Positions 21,440 to 31,699 of a stretch of DNA of 31,847 nucleotides are shown piece after piece; the first letter of the stretch is position 1, and each line of letters opens with the position of its first letter. The notes under the pieces were generated by a model that saw nothing but the letters and a program-made list of their open reading frames with translations, ran no database searches and was not told the origin of the DNA. Position numbers and translations under genes: made by a program. Source of the DNA: Octopus sinensis. Lineage: Eukaryota. Location of the stretch: the NCBI RefSeq assembly GCF_006345805.1, contig NW_021829624.1:1-31847 (forward strand), written 5' to 3'.

Positions 21440-22109
21440 TTAAAAAAAACCCGTCATCTCTGTGTATGCCTCTACATAAACAAGGAAATAGTTTTCGTGC
21501 CAACACTCTAAATGTAAATTTGATAATTTCACATAATTTCCCACATAATTTCCCACATAAGAGTATCAAACCATTTTTTTTTTTCCTATTTTCTGTTCTT
21601 CATCTCGAAGAGCATTTTGGTATAAATCTCATCAATACAGACCGCACGACAGTATGTTCAAAGGAACATACAAGTGAATTTAAATCAAAGTTAAGCTTTT
21701 TAAGCCTCTTCCCCCCCCCCCAGGCATATGCAAGCTGGGTACTTGCTCTTGGGTCTCAAGGATCTAGGGGCCCAATGCTAATCTAAGTATACTGTGATTT
21801 GCTACCAATCAATACTCTCGGGCACAAAGTATTGATTTGCCTAGGAGTTTATAATCCTACCAAAACGGCTCTGGCTGTGCGATCAAACCCGGAACTGTGT
21901 GATTACCAAGCTAACATATTAACCACACAGCAATACCTACCTACACGTACGCATGTATCGATAATCTAAAAACAAGCCAATCAGATTAGGTGATTTATTT
22001 CATGTTTATCGATAATATTCATGAAATAAGCCGATTATTTCACTTATCTATTTATCTCGTGACGAGTATATCTGCCTATCTAGCTATCTTGTTTACTGTC
22101 GAATGGGTA

Positions 22110-22430
22110 CTTTACTCATCTATCTATCTATCTATGTATCTGTCTGTCTGTCTGTCTAACTATCTATCTATCTACCTATCTATCTATCTATCTGTCTATC
22201 TACCTATCTATCTATCTATCTGTCTATCTAACCACCCATCTATCTGTCTGCCTATCTATCTATCTGTCTGTCTGTCTGTCTGTCTGTCAATCTATCTGCT
22301 TATCTATCTTTTTTCTGTCTGTCCATCCATCCATCCATCCACCCACCCATCCATCCATCCATCCATCCATCCATCCATTCATCCATCCATCCATCCACCT
22401 ATCTATCCCTCTATCTATCTATCTTTTTAA
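22110..22430. repeat. Compound (TATC)/(TGTC)/(TCCA) tetranucleotide microsatellite
   Basis: Direct reading; a further (TATC)n block at about 22578-22640. Confidence 0.95.
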
Positions 22431-22578
22431 AAATCCTCCCCTTTTTTTGTCCTCTTTCTTTCCTTTTACGATCCCTTTTGATCGAAAACTAACCCCCTTT
22501 TTTTTACCCTCAAAAGAAAAGCTCTACCTTGTAATTTGTTCTGTCTGTGTGCAGCCCTGTGTGGCTAATAAAGAAACA

Positions 22579-22640
<62 letters not shown>

Positions 22641-22988
22641 CTTATTTTTATCCCCCTTTGCTTATTCATCCATCTGTCAGCCTATTTCAGCGCTTCTTTA
22701 TCTATCTAACGATTTGACTATCTATCTACGTATCTGCTTACTTCTCTCTCTCTCTCTCTCACTCTTCGCCCCCCCTCTCTCTCTCTCTAGTTATGACTAT
22801 AGATAACTCTCTTCTAACAACTAGTTTGTCTATTCGTCTATCTGTCTGCCTCTCTGTTTGTCTTGTGAACATTCCATCCCACTGCCTGTTTCTAAAATCG
22901 ATGCGCGCATCTTCTCACAAGTATATTTTCCATTTATTTCAGTCAGCGGCCATGCTGAGGCCACATCGACTTTGCAAAAGTTCTTTTG

Positions 22989-23418
22989 GATCTTTTCGGT
23001 TTGAACGGCAGTTTTTTCTAGCAGTGTCATATGAAATTGTCACCCATAATTATAACCCTAGTATCGATCTGTTGCATTTCAATCTGTTTTAGGGTTAGGG
23101 TTAGGGTTAGGGTTAGGGGTGGGGGGAAGGGTATCTTTTTTTCTTCAGAAATGTAAATAAACCCAATCTGTTTCTTAAACGAGGGACATATTCATACGGC
23201 ACAGAATGTTTTTACCTCAATAGACGTCAGTGATTGGTTGAAATTGCAGAAATTGAAGAAAAAAAAACAACAAATATCTTACAAACTATAGAATTTTCTC
23301 AATAAAACCAAGAGAAAAAGATGTTTTATAAACACATTCTACCAGTATACGAAGTTTTTATAAGTGTTTAGGTACGTGGAAATTATTTTTAAAAACTGCC
23401 GGTCAAACCGAAAAGATC
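22989..23418. mobile_element. TIR element (MITE-like, 430 bp) containing (TTAGGG)5
   Basis: GATCTTTTCGGTTTGAACGGCAGTTTTT (22989-23016) versus reverse complement of 23391-23418 match 27/28; five perfect TTAGGG at 23089-23118. Superfamily and TSD unresolved. Confidence 0.8.
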
Positions 23419-23603
23419 TGTTTTTTTCTCTTTTTATTTGAATACACCATGTTTGTATGTATGTATGTATGTATGTAAGTATGTATATTTCCTTTTTGTA
23501 CTTGGTTTGTAAGACTCTTTATGTGAATTCGTGCATACACACACACACACACACATGTGTATATACATACATACATACATACATATATACATACATACAT
23601 ACA

Positions 23604-23800
23604 TATGGTCAGTTTACACCCCTGTAACTTAACTGTTTCAGCAAAAGAAAAATACCAATAAAATAAATACCGGACTTTAAAAACAAAAGAAAAACTGTAC
23701 TATGGTTGAGCCATTTCCCTAAAACATTCTAACGCGTTGCTCCAGCATAGCCACAGTGTCAGTGACTCAAACATGTAAAAAATAAAAGATAGATAAAAAC
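23604..23800 (+). mobile_element. Diverged 3' half of a family-2-like SINE
   Basis: TTTACACCCCTGTAACTTAAC..GTTGCTCCAGCATAGCCACAGT..GAAACATGTAAAA-like sequence aligns by eye with the 3' half of 23807-24240. Confidence 0.6.
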
Positions 23801-23806
23801 ATGAAT

Positions 23807-24240
23807 AGGCGTGTGGTAAGTAGCTTGCTAACCTACCACATGGTTCCGGGTTCAGTCCCACTGCGTGGCATCTTGGGCAAGTGTCTTCTGCTATAGCCCC
23901 AGGCTGATCAATGCCTTGTGAGTGGATTTGGTAGACGGAAACTGAAAGAAGCCTGTCGTGTATATGTATATATATTATATATAATATATATATATATATA
24001 TAATATATATATACACATATATATATGTATGTGTGTGTATGTGTTTGTCCCCTAGCATTGCTTGACAACTGATGCTGGTGTGTTTACATCCCCCGTCACT
24101 TAGCGGTTCGGCAAAAGGGATCGATAGAATAAGTACTGGGCTTACAAAGAATAAGTTCGGGTCGATTTGCTCGACTAAAGGCGGTGCTCCAGCATGGCCG
24201 CAGTCAACTGACTGAAACATGTAAAAGAGTAAAAAAAAGT
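23807..24240 (+). mobile_element. SINE family 2
   Basis: GGCGTGTGGTAAGTAGC..GGTTCAGTCCC..CTTGGGCAAGTGTCTT, internal TA repeat, tail GTAAAAGAGTAAAA. Confidence 0.9.
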
Positions 24241-24542
24241 AGGACAAAATAATAAAGCATCAATTTCTTTTTTATTCAACTATTTTTTTGTTCTATTGGC
24301 AATATGACAATTTCGGAACTGTTCTAGTCTGTCAGACAAAATTAAATTTTGAACTGGAGGCAACTTTAATTGTGTAAACATTACCGACATCGCATATTTA
24401 ATGTATGTGTTTTGTTTATAGAGTTAATTAGATGTAGGATTTCGTTTAGGGAAAAGTCCCTTTAAGACACTGAGAACTAAAAACAAAAAAACACTGAATA
24501 ACTCAAACAAGGCAAAACAAATCGCCTTGTAGATGAACAAGA

Positions 24543-24589
24543 ACGGTTGATATCGATATTTTGCTGTTATTTCAGCTCATCAGCACCAT
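24543..24589 (-). ncRNA. Degenerate minimal type I hammerhead (G12 to A)
   Basis: Minus strand ATGGTG CTGATGA GCTG-AAATAA-CAGC AAAA TATCGATATC AACCGT: 4-bp stem II, palindromic stem III ATATCGATAT, AUC triplet, but GAAA reads AAAA and the first stem I pair is mismatched. Confidence 0.6.
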
Positions 24590-25099
24590 ATTCCTGAGTT
24601 AACCTCGAAACAAATTCGAATTGCTGGTCTGAGGCTTTTAATGCTGATAGCGTAAAATCTAATCTGCTGATTGGGCAACGGTGCAGCATAATTAAAACAA
24701 ATTTGCATATAGGTACAAACAGGAGTAGCTGTATGGGAAGAATTAAAAGAAAAAATTTTTTTACTTCTATTTTTTTTTTAATGTATATAGTTATTTACTT
24801 CCATTTGTTTATTTATCTGTGTATTTTATGATGTTTAAAAAAAATTTAACTAAATACAACCAAAAAATAGGTGTAAACACATGGACAAAATAAAAATAAA
24901 CAAAAACAAGTTACACGAACATATATAAACAGGAGATACAAATATTACAGGCATTCCCCCCCACCACGCACTAACTAAATAGAGACACACATAGAGGTAT
25001 ACGCATGCACAAATAAAGACACATACAATAGGAATACAAAATACAAAATGGCTGACCGTTAGTAAGGAGAGACACACAAATAAGAAAGGAGAAAGCAAA

Positions 25100-25142
25100 G
25101 CACCACTGATGAGGTCACAGGAGTGTGACGAAAGAACTCTGG
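25100..25142 (+). ncRNA. Hammerhead-like motif, imperfect
   Basis: GCACCA CTGATGA GGTCAC-AGGAGT-GTGAC GAAA G-AA-CTC TGG: core intact, stem II one nt out of register, stem I only 3 bp. Confidence 0.4.
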
Positions 25143-25277
25143 CCGAAATAAGATTAAGATTAATGTAAAAAATAAATAACGCTGAAGCAAAGTAACACCA
25201 AATATATAGTGCGTGTGTTATTATTGGCTAAACTGGCAAAATGATCATTCCTAAATACAACATATATATATATATAT

Positions 25278-25710
25278 CATCATCATCATCATCATCATCA
25301 TCGTTTAACGTCCGTTCTCCATGCTAGCATGGGTTGGACGGTTCGACCGGGGATCTGGGAAGCCAGAAGGCTGCACCAGGCTCCAGTCTTATCTGGCAAT
25401 GTTTCTACAGCTGGATGCCCTTCCTAACGCCAACCACTCTGTGAGTGTAGTGGGTGCTTTTTACGTGCCACCTGCACAGGTGCCAGGCGAGGCTGGCAAC
25501 GGCCACAGTCGGATTGGTGTATTTTATGTGCCACCAGCACAGAAGCCAGTCGAGGGGTGCTGGCATCAGCCACGAGTCGGATAGTGCTTTTTACGTACCA
25601 CCAGACCAGGGATCCTGGCTGGTTCAATTCGATTTTGATTTCGCTTGCCCCAACACGTCTTCGCAAGCAAAGGGGGTTGGCATGGGTGCCTGTCGTACGG
25701 TCGGATTGGT
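25278..25710 (-). mobile_element. RTE-related retroelement 3' end with (GAT)n tail and internal repeats of about 65 bp
   Basis: (CAT)n at 25278-25302 then GTTTAACGTCCG..CATGCTAGCATGGGTTGGACGG and GCTGGATGCCCTTCCTAACGCCAACC, motifs I recognise from RTE-type 3' ends; GTG(C/T)(A/T)TTTTA(C/T)GT(G/A)CCACC repeated three times. Confidence 0.6.
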
Positions 25711-26111
25711 ATATATATATATACACATAAAATATATATGATTTTAGCATTTCGAAGATCAGTTCAGCATTTTTCATTGACTGCTGACTGAAACTGCGCT
25801 TGCGTGATGAATTTTGAACAATCATAACATATAAAGACAAGACACGTGTTATTTGTCTCTAAATTATATGTTAATGTTATGAAACGGTTACTGATGGGGA
25901 TTTGCCTAGCAAATTATTTTATTTGCTAAAAAAATCTGAAACCTATGTATAACCATAAGAAAATAACAAGGTAAAAGTTTTTATTTTTCATTTCCACAAT
26001 AATTGCTCTTAAATGTGGTTTTTGTCGTTTTGACTGCTTCTTCTAGCATGTAAAATTTACCTGATGAAGGTGGTTTTCTCTTATGTTTAAATGTACACTA
26101 TCTTATATTGA

Positions 26112-26147
<36 letters not shown>

Positions 26148-26182
26148 GAAGGTTTGAAAATGCAATTTTAAAGATGTTTATT

Positions 26183-26226
26183 CACTTGACCGGTTTCACT
26201 TTTTTAGAAAAAGATTGTCAAAAGTA
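26183..26226 (-). ncRNA. Degenerate minimal type I hammerhead relic
   Basis: Minus strand TACTT TTGACAA TCTTTTTCTAAAAAAGT GAAACCGGTC AAGTG: perfect GAAACCGGTC half with palindrome ACCGGT and 5-bp stem I, but CTGANGA has decayed to TTGACAA; followed by AATAAA and (TA)n. Confidence 0.5.
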
Positions 26227-26530
26227 GGTACTGGTTGTCACAAAATATTACAATACATATATACATTCTTTGATAATAATAAGAGAATATTAAAAACAGT
26301 TTACAGAAAGAATTATTAAAAAGTTCAGAGGAATACTGGTATTGTATCTGTATATATATATATACACAGAAAATTATAAGTTCAAAAAGGTTACATTTTG
26401 GTAAATGTACAATGAGGGAGATATATTTAGTTTGAACTGACCTGATTCACCTATTGCACTAGCTATATATATATATATACACACATATATATATAATATA
26501 ATATAATATAATATAATATATACATATATA

Positions 26531-26945
26531 GGTGCAGGAGTGGCTGTGTGATAAGCACCTTGCTAACCAACCACATGGTTCCGGGTTCAGTCCCACTGCG
26601 TGGCATCTTGGGCAAGTGTCTTCTGCTATAGCCCCGGGCCGACCAATGCCTTGTGAGTGGATTTGGTAGACGGAAGCTGAAAGAAGCCTGTCGTATATAT
26701 GTGTATATATATATATATTTATGTGTGTGTGGGTTTGTGTGTCTGTGTTTGTCCCCCTAGCATTGCTTGACAACCGATGCTGGTGTGTTTACGTCCCCGT
26801 CACTTAGCGGTTCGGCAAAAGAGACCGATAGAATAAGTACTGGGCTTACAAATAAGTACTGGGCTTACAAAGTCAGGGGGCGATTTGCTCGACTAAAGGC
26901 GGTGCTCCAGCATGGCCACAGTCAAATGACTGAAACAAGTAAGAG
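26531..26945 (+). mobile_element. SINE family 2
   Basis: A box TGGCTGTGTGAT, B box GGTTCAGTCCC; tandem duplication of AATAAGTACTGGGCTTACAA near 26832-26871. Confidence 0.9.
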
Positions 26946-26960
26946 AGAAAGAGAGATATT

Positions 26961-27058
26961 CGAGGGGGCGCTGAAAATTTCCTGGCTTTTAGTGAAAGAA
27001 AATACAGGAAGGTCAGCTAATTAAAGCCAAGAAGTTTTTCAGCCCCCCCCCCCCGCCG
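26961..27058. mobile_element. Very short mariner-type internally deleted element (about 100 bp)
   Basis: Left CGAGGGGGCGCTGAAAATTTCCTGGCTTT and right AAAGCCAAGAAGTTTTTCAGCCCCCC..CG form imperfect inverted repeats (right one with an expanded C run); TA follows at 27059-27060. Confidence 0.55.
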
Positions 27059-27060
27059 TA

Positions 27061-27384
27061 ATACGCCAATTCACACGGTCAATCTTATTGAAAGTTGGTC
27101 CAAAGAGTACAATCGTGAAGCAGAGCAGTTAGATAGCCCTCACATTGACCGGATCTTAATATAATCGAACATGTAAAGTGCATTTTGGAGCAGCAATTGA
27201 GAAGCTGCGTCCTTCAGCCATTATTGCTGAGAACTCTAAAGTAGGTTTTACTGGAAGAATGGTTCAAAATTCCCCCTAACAAACGTTCAGAACACATATG
27301 AGTTGTGATCGATGTCAAAGTCAGATAATATTAAATAATAAAACATCTATTTAACATGTTGTTTCATAATTTTGTTCAAACATG
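27061..27384 (+). mobile_element. Tc1-family transposase 3' remnant (frameshifted)
   Basis: Reads NTPIHTVNLIESWSKEYNREAEQL then, in a shifted frame, PDLNIIEHVKCILEQQLRS and later LEEWFKIP: the DNAPIHT / SPDLNxIE motifs of Tc1 DDE domains; ends in a TIR-like TTTCATAATTTTGTTCAAACATG followed by TA. Confidence 0.75.
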
Positions 27385-27390
27385 TATATG

Positions 27391-27429
<39 letters not shown>

Positions 27430-27430
27430 T

Positions 27431-27710
27431 GTGCTCATGGGAACTGCTCATATCCTACGCAAAATACTCTCTATGTTTAAAACATAGGTTTAAAACAAAC
27501 TTTTTTTAATTCTTATTTTTATTTTTATTTTTTTTATTTATTTATTTATTTATTTTTTTTATGTATTAGACATTCACTAGTACAACACCAAAAAAACAAC
27601 AAAAAAACCCCAAATATATGGCACAGAACTTCCAACCTGTTGTCTCTTGAGGTCTCTGGGTGAGACTTGGAGCCAACTTGTACAGACATAAAGCAAAAGT
27701 TAAAACATAG
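27431..27710 (+). mobile_element. Second, shorter R4/Dong-type LINE 3' end
   Basis: GTGCTCATGGGAACTGCTCATATCCTACGCAAAATACTCTCTATG identical to the copy at about 17906-17950; same 3' terminus AAACATAG|AATAATAAT; (AAT)n on both sides. Confidence 0.82.
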
Positions 27711-28088
27711 AATAATAATAATAATAATATTAGGGAGTATAACTTCAAACTTACAGGGAAAAATTTGATTTAGTATTAAATCAAATTTCACAGTATAAAT
27801 ATATAAAATATGAATTAGAGATAAAACCACTATTATGCAACTGAAACAGTGATAGACATATATATATTTACCATCCTTTTTATACTTTTTGAAAAAAAAA
27901 TAATATATATATGACCATTCCGAAATATATTATATATTATATTAATTATATTTTGATATCATTTGTTATTTATGCATTGGTTTATGTCTATCACTGAGTT
28001 GCATAATAGTGCTTTTATTTCTAATTCATATTACATATATATATAAATAAATGAAAGAATGGAGTCGAACGAAGATGTTAACAAAATT

Positions 28089-28182
28089 CCTTTACTCTCG
28101 ACATATGTTTCGAAGACAACATGTTTTCATTCCAAAGGAATAAAGGGTGCATTATGCAATCTTCTCATCAGGAAAGAAAGGG
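28089..28182 (-). ncRNA. Type I hammerhead ribozyme in the Penelope 3' pseudo-LTR, intact core
   Basis: CCCTTTCTTTC CTGATGA GAAGA-(43 nt)-TCTTC GAAA C-ATAT-GTC GAGAGTAAAGG: 5-bp stem II, palindromic ACATATGT stem III, GUC triplet (C17=28100), 10-bp stem I with one bulge and one G-U. Hammerheads in PLE pseudo-LTRs are established. Confidence 0.85.
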
Positions 28183-28454
28183 AGCCTCTCTCGACAACAA
28201 GACAAACAAAAATTTCGATGACTGCCTACATGGTAAACAAAACGATAATGAGTGTTTTTTAAAAAAACCGTTAGAAGAATTGACGTCAAAGATAGATAGT
28301 AGGAAGAGAAGGGTTAAAGGAATAATAGGTAGGGAACAAGTGGAGAGGGAAGGGTACGTTGATTGAAAGAATGTTCGAAGGCTTAGGAAAGAATATCGCT
28401 ATAGAAGTGGGGTGGACGTGAAGCTAATTGTTCAAACCACAGTGACTATCGTTA

Positions 28455-29890
28455 TCATTTATATGAGTAGAAAGTATGTTTCTGCCAGTGTTTACATTTG
28501 TATGATTTTTCTATGAGTGTGTTTACTAGGGGAACCTTTGAGAAGAGAATATGGAAGAGTTCAGTGTTACAAATGTTACAAAATCTCCTGCCCTTATCAA
28601 AAGGAAAGGATACAGACAGTATGAACCATTCTAACTTGAAATTTATATTGTTGTCTTTAAGACGCCAAACTAATTTACTTAGCCCTGTACTATGTCGTTT
28701 TTTTACTATCCCTGAATGTTGAATAATGGTTAGAAATTCTCTTGGATAACTGGAAAGTGGACGCTCCTATATAGAAGAAGACATCGGTACCGGAAGAAAT
28801 TCTACACTGGTAAATAGAATTCTTAATCTTAGAATTACTAGACAAAAATTTAATTCTGTTGGGGTTGTCCTCCGAGATCGAAACGAAGTTTTTATTGTTA
28901 TAATTGTTGTTACTATTATTATTAGCGCCAGCAACTACACTATTTCTATTATTAATGGTACTACAACCAGTAATACCACCGACAATAATACCGTTATTGT
29001 TGTTACCATCAACACTACCATTGTTATTAACACGACTAATACTATTATTAATATTATCATTGTTAACACTTTCGCTGCTGCCAATGCTGTTACTATTAAT
29101 ACTATTCCTATTATTATGATTGTATGATGGGTTGGAATTAGCAAGATTAGTGTTGGAACTCCCGGGTGAAGAATCTTTGTTTAGGAGCTTGGTATTGTGG
29201 GAAGATATAATTTGTGAAAGATTCCTAGTGTTAGAGAAAGCTATTCTGACTATGTGGGAATTGATAATAGAATGATATCTAGAATTTCTGGGAAAGTTCC
29301 TAGCAACGGCTTCACGGAACTGTAAGGGAAGGTTCGATTTAATTTGTTTTCCGGAAGGTATTACGAACCAGATAGTTTTTTGTGGCCTTTGAATTGTTCT
29401 TAGTGTTATTTATGATAGTAAGGGGAAAATTTCTGGGTTGGAAATTTGGGGTTGAATGGCGCTTACCTCCCCAAGTCCGTAAAGAATTTATTTTACGTAC
29501 AGGGTTGCTGGCACTATTAGAATTGAAATCATTATTCCTATTACGAGTAACTTTTCTATCTGGAGAAGCAGATGTTAGTTTAGAATGAGCTGAGTCGATG
29601 TATGACACTTTCTCCTTATAACCGGCTCTTAAGAAGGCGGCGTTATAGAAGTCTGCCTTTTGGTTAAAGATGTCGACATTAGCAGATAATTTAGACAGTC
29701 TCAGAGATATGTTTTTGACCAAGTTATCGGTAATTGGCCTGGCATGATTACTGAAAATGCTAATATACTTAAGATTTGTGGAAGGTTTATGATAAGGGAA
29801 GTATGAGTTATTCTGCAAATTGAGGGTAATGTCTAAGAAGTTGGCTTTAGTTAATTCATCCATGCTGACGATAAACATAGGATAATTCAT
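28455..29890 (-). pseudogene. Penelope-like RT/GIY-YIG reading frame with two +1 frameshifts (477 aa when repaired)
   Basis: Frameshifts at A-runs 29376-29381 (6 A, 5 needed) and 28698-28704 (7 A, 6 needed); no other stop in the joined frame; GIY-YIG-type motif SIY..YIG at 28765-28818. Confidence 0.85.
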
Positions 29891-29918
29891 TCAACTATTT
29901 ATATATATAATATATTAC

Positions 29919-29949
<31 letters not shown>

Positions 29950-30364
29950 TGTATATACATATGTATGTATAACAGTTATTTGTGAGAGTTTATCAATCCA
30001 GACAAAACTATTCATCAGCTTTCTGTTAGGACACCAAGTTAGCAATATTGTATAGATTAGTAAAGAACTCCCAGTATTCTTATGGCAGGGTCTGATGTTA
30101 TAACTCATCACCATTCTATATCGTAAGTCTATGGCTGCGCTCCCGTCAAACTGGGTTTTACACAGAGTGATATCAAAACAAGGTGTAAATAATGGTAACT
30201 AAATATTTTTCCTTTATTGAAGTAAATTTGGCTTGCAGCAGTTTCCAGTGGTCTTAATAGGTTCATTAGAGACAGGTTCACTCGACTAGTCTATTGTTAA
30301 GTTGAGAAACGTTGACCGACCTAAAAAATTAATGTTACTTTAGGCAGAACGGAACACTGAAGGA

Positions 30365-30371
30365 ATGTCTG

Positions 30372-30458
<87 letters not shown>

Positions 30459-30594
30459 GTCTATCTATCTATCCTATCTATCTATCTATCTATCTATCTA
30501 ACATATATATATATATATATTATTATATATATATATATATATATTAGATAGATAGATAGAACACTGAAGGAATGTCTGTCTATCTATCTATCGA

Positions 30595-30630
<36 letters not shown>
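30365..30630. repeat. (TATC)n-(TA)n microsatellites within a local duplication
   Basis: GAACACTGAAGGAATGTCTGTCTATCTATC occurs at 30352 and 30559. Confidence 0.9.
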
Positions 30631-30632
<2 letters not shown>

Positions 30633-30638
<6 letters not shown>

Positions 30639-30909
30639 ATCACGTGACTGACCAGACCATCAGATGTTGTTACACATCGCTGGTCACAATGCGTTTTGCA
30701 TTGTTTTAGCCTTCGAATGGCGCCACCCCGCTGGCTAAGCGAGAGGGCCAACAGAAAGAGTGGTGAAAGAGTACAGCAGGGATCACCACCCCCTGCCGGA
30801 GCCTCGTGGAGCTTTTAGGTATTTTCGCTCAATAAACACTCACAACGCCCGGTCTGGGAATCGAAACCGCGAGTCCGCTGCCCTAACCACTGGGCCATTG
30901 CGCCTCCAC
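30633..30909 (-). mobile_element. tRNA-derived SINE family 3
   Basis: Head GTGGAGGCGCAATGGCCCAGTGGTTAGGGCAGCGGACTCGCGGTTTCGATTCCC: A box 30887-30897, B box 30856-30868; the spacer between boxes is shorter than in a tRNA (likely deletion); ends CACGTGATCACGTG then (AT)n. Confidence 0.8.
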
Positions 30910-30947
30910 ATATATATATATATACGTAAATATAAATATATATATAT

Positions 30948-30987
<40 letters not shown>

Positions 30988-31016
30988 CAGACAGATAGAC
31001 AGACAGACAGACAGAC

Positions 31017-31073
<57 letters not shown>

Positions 31074-31076
<3 letters not shown>

Positions 31077-31505
31077 CCTCATGCGTAAGCTGATGAACTT
31101 TCTTCACATTTCCGGGGCTGACACTCTTTGCAGGTTTTCCAGGGACATTCTACCGCTTTTGAAATACCCGTGCCACTCGAAACATCGCGTACGACCCCTT
31201 GTCTCGACGTCGTAAGCTTGCCGAAGTGTGCTCCATGTCTTTGCAGCAGACGTCCTAAGTTTAACGCAAGATTTCCCGTTGGCTCTCCGTTCCAACTTTC
31301 TGTCCATGACATAAAATTGCAGACTATAGCATACAAGGTGATCATAAAACCTCACAATTTCACAATTTGCGAAGTAAACAAAGCGCTGTCTCTCAGCACC
31401 CAGCTACGTGAAAATCACTGATAGCTCTCACTACGCACGCAATCGTGTACTGCCATCTGTTGGCGTCCTATAGAACTAGTAGGGGAACATTTTTATACCG
31501 CCACG
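31074..31505 (-). mobile_element. mariner-family transposon 5' fragment (left TIR region plus transposase N-terminal HTH)
   Basis: ATG at 31307: MDRKLERRANGKSCVKLRTSAAKTWSTLRQAYDVETRGRTRCFEWHGYFKSGRMSLE, matching the mariner MEQRxxIKFC.KLGK.A.ET..ML..AY...R..VFEW..RFK.GR.S.E pattern; shifted frame continues [12 protein letters not shown] before truncation at (GATA)n; end TA|CGTGGCGGTATAAAAATGTTCC. Confidence 0.85.
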
Positions 31506-31544
31506 TATACATGTGTGTGTCTGTGTGTATATGTATGTATGTGT

Positions 31545-31690
31545 AAGTCGTTTACTTCCCAACCACATGGTTCCGGGTTCAGTCCCACTGCGTGGCACCT
31601 TGGACAAGTGTCTTCTACTATAGCCTCAGGTCGACCAACCCCTTGTGAGTGGATTTGGTAGACGGAAATTGTAAGAAACCTATTGTATAT
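31545..31690 (+). mobile_element. SINE family 2, 5' half only
   Basis: CCAACCACATGGTTCCGGGTTCAGTCCCACTGCGTGGCACCTTGGACAAGTGTCTT..GGATTTGGTAGACGGAAA. Confidence 0.85.
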
Positions 31691-31699
31691 ATATATATA

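Larger units (their letters stand above)
28045..29895 (-). mobile_element. 5'-truncated Penelope-like retroelement (RT C-terminus, GIY-YIG endonuclease, hammerhead-bearing 3' pseudo-LTR)
   Basis: ORF pieces: ANFLDITLNL..YHKP..SNH (RT); KTIWF..NFP..NLSQIISSHN; NSIYQCRI..FYIGAS..KRISNHYSTF..STGLSKLVWRLKD..FCNICNTE..CKHW* (stop 28455-28457); 3' region ends in (TA)n at about 28045. Confidence 0.9.

Noticed and set aside
23089-23118. True telomere or chromosome end
   Set aside because: Only five repeats, internal to a TIR-bounded element.
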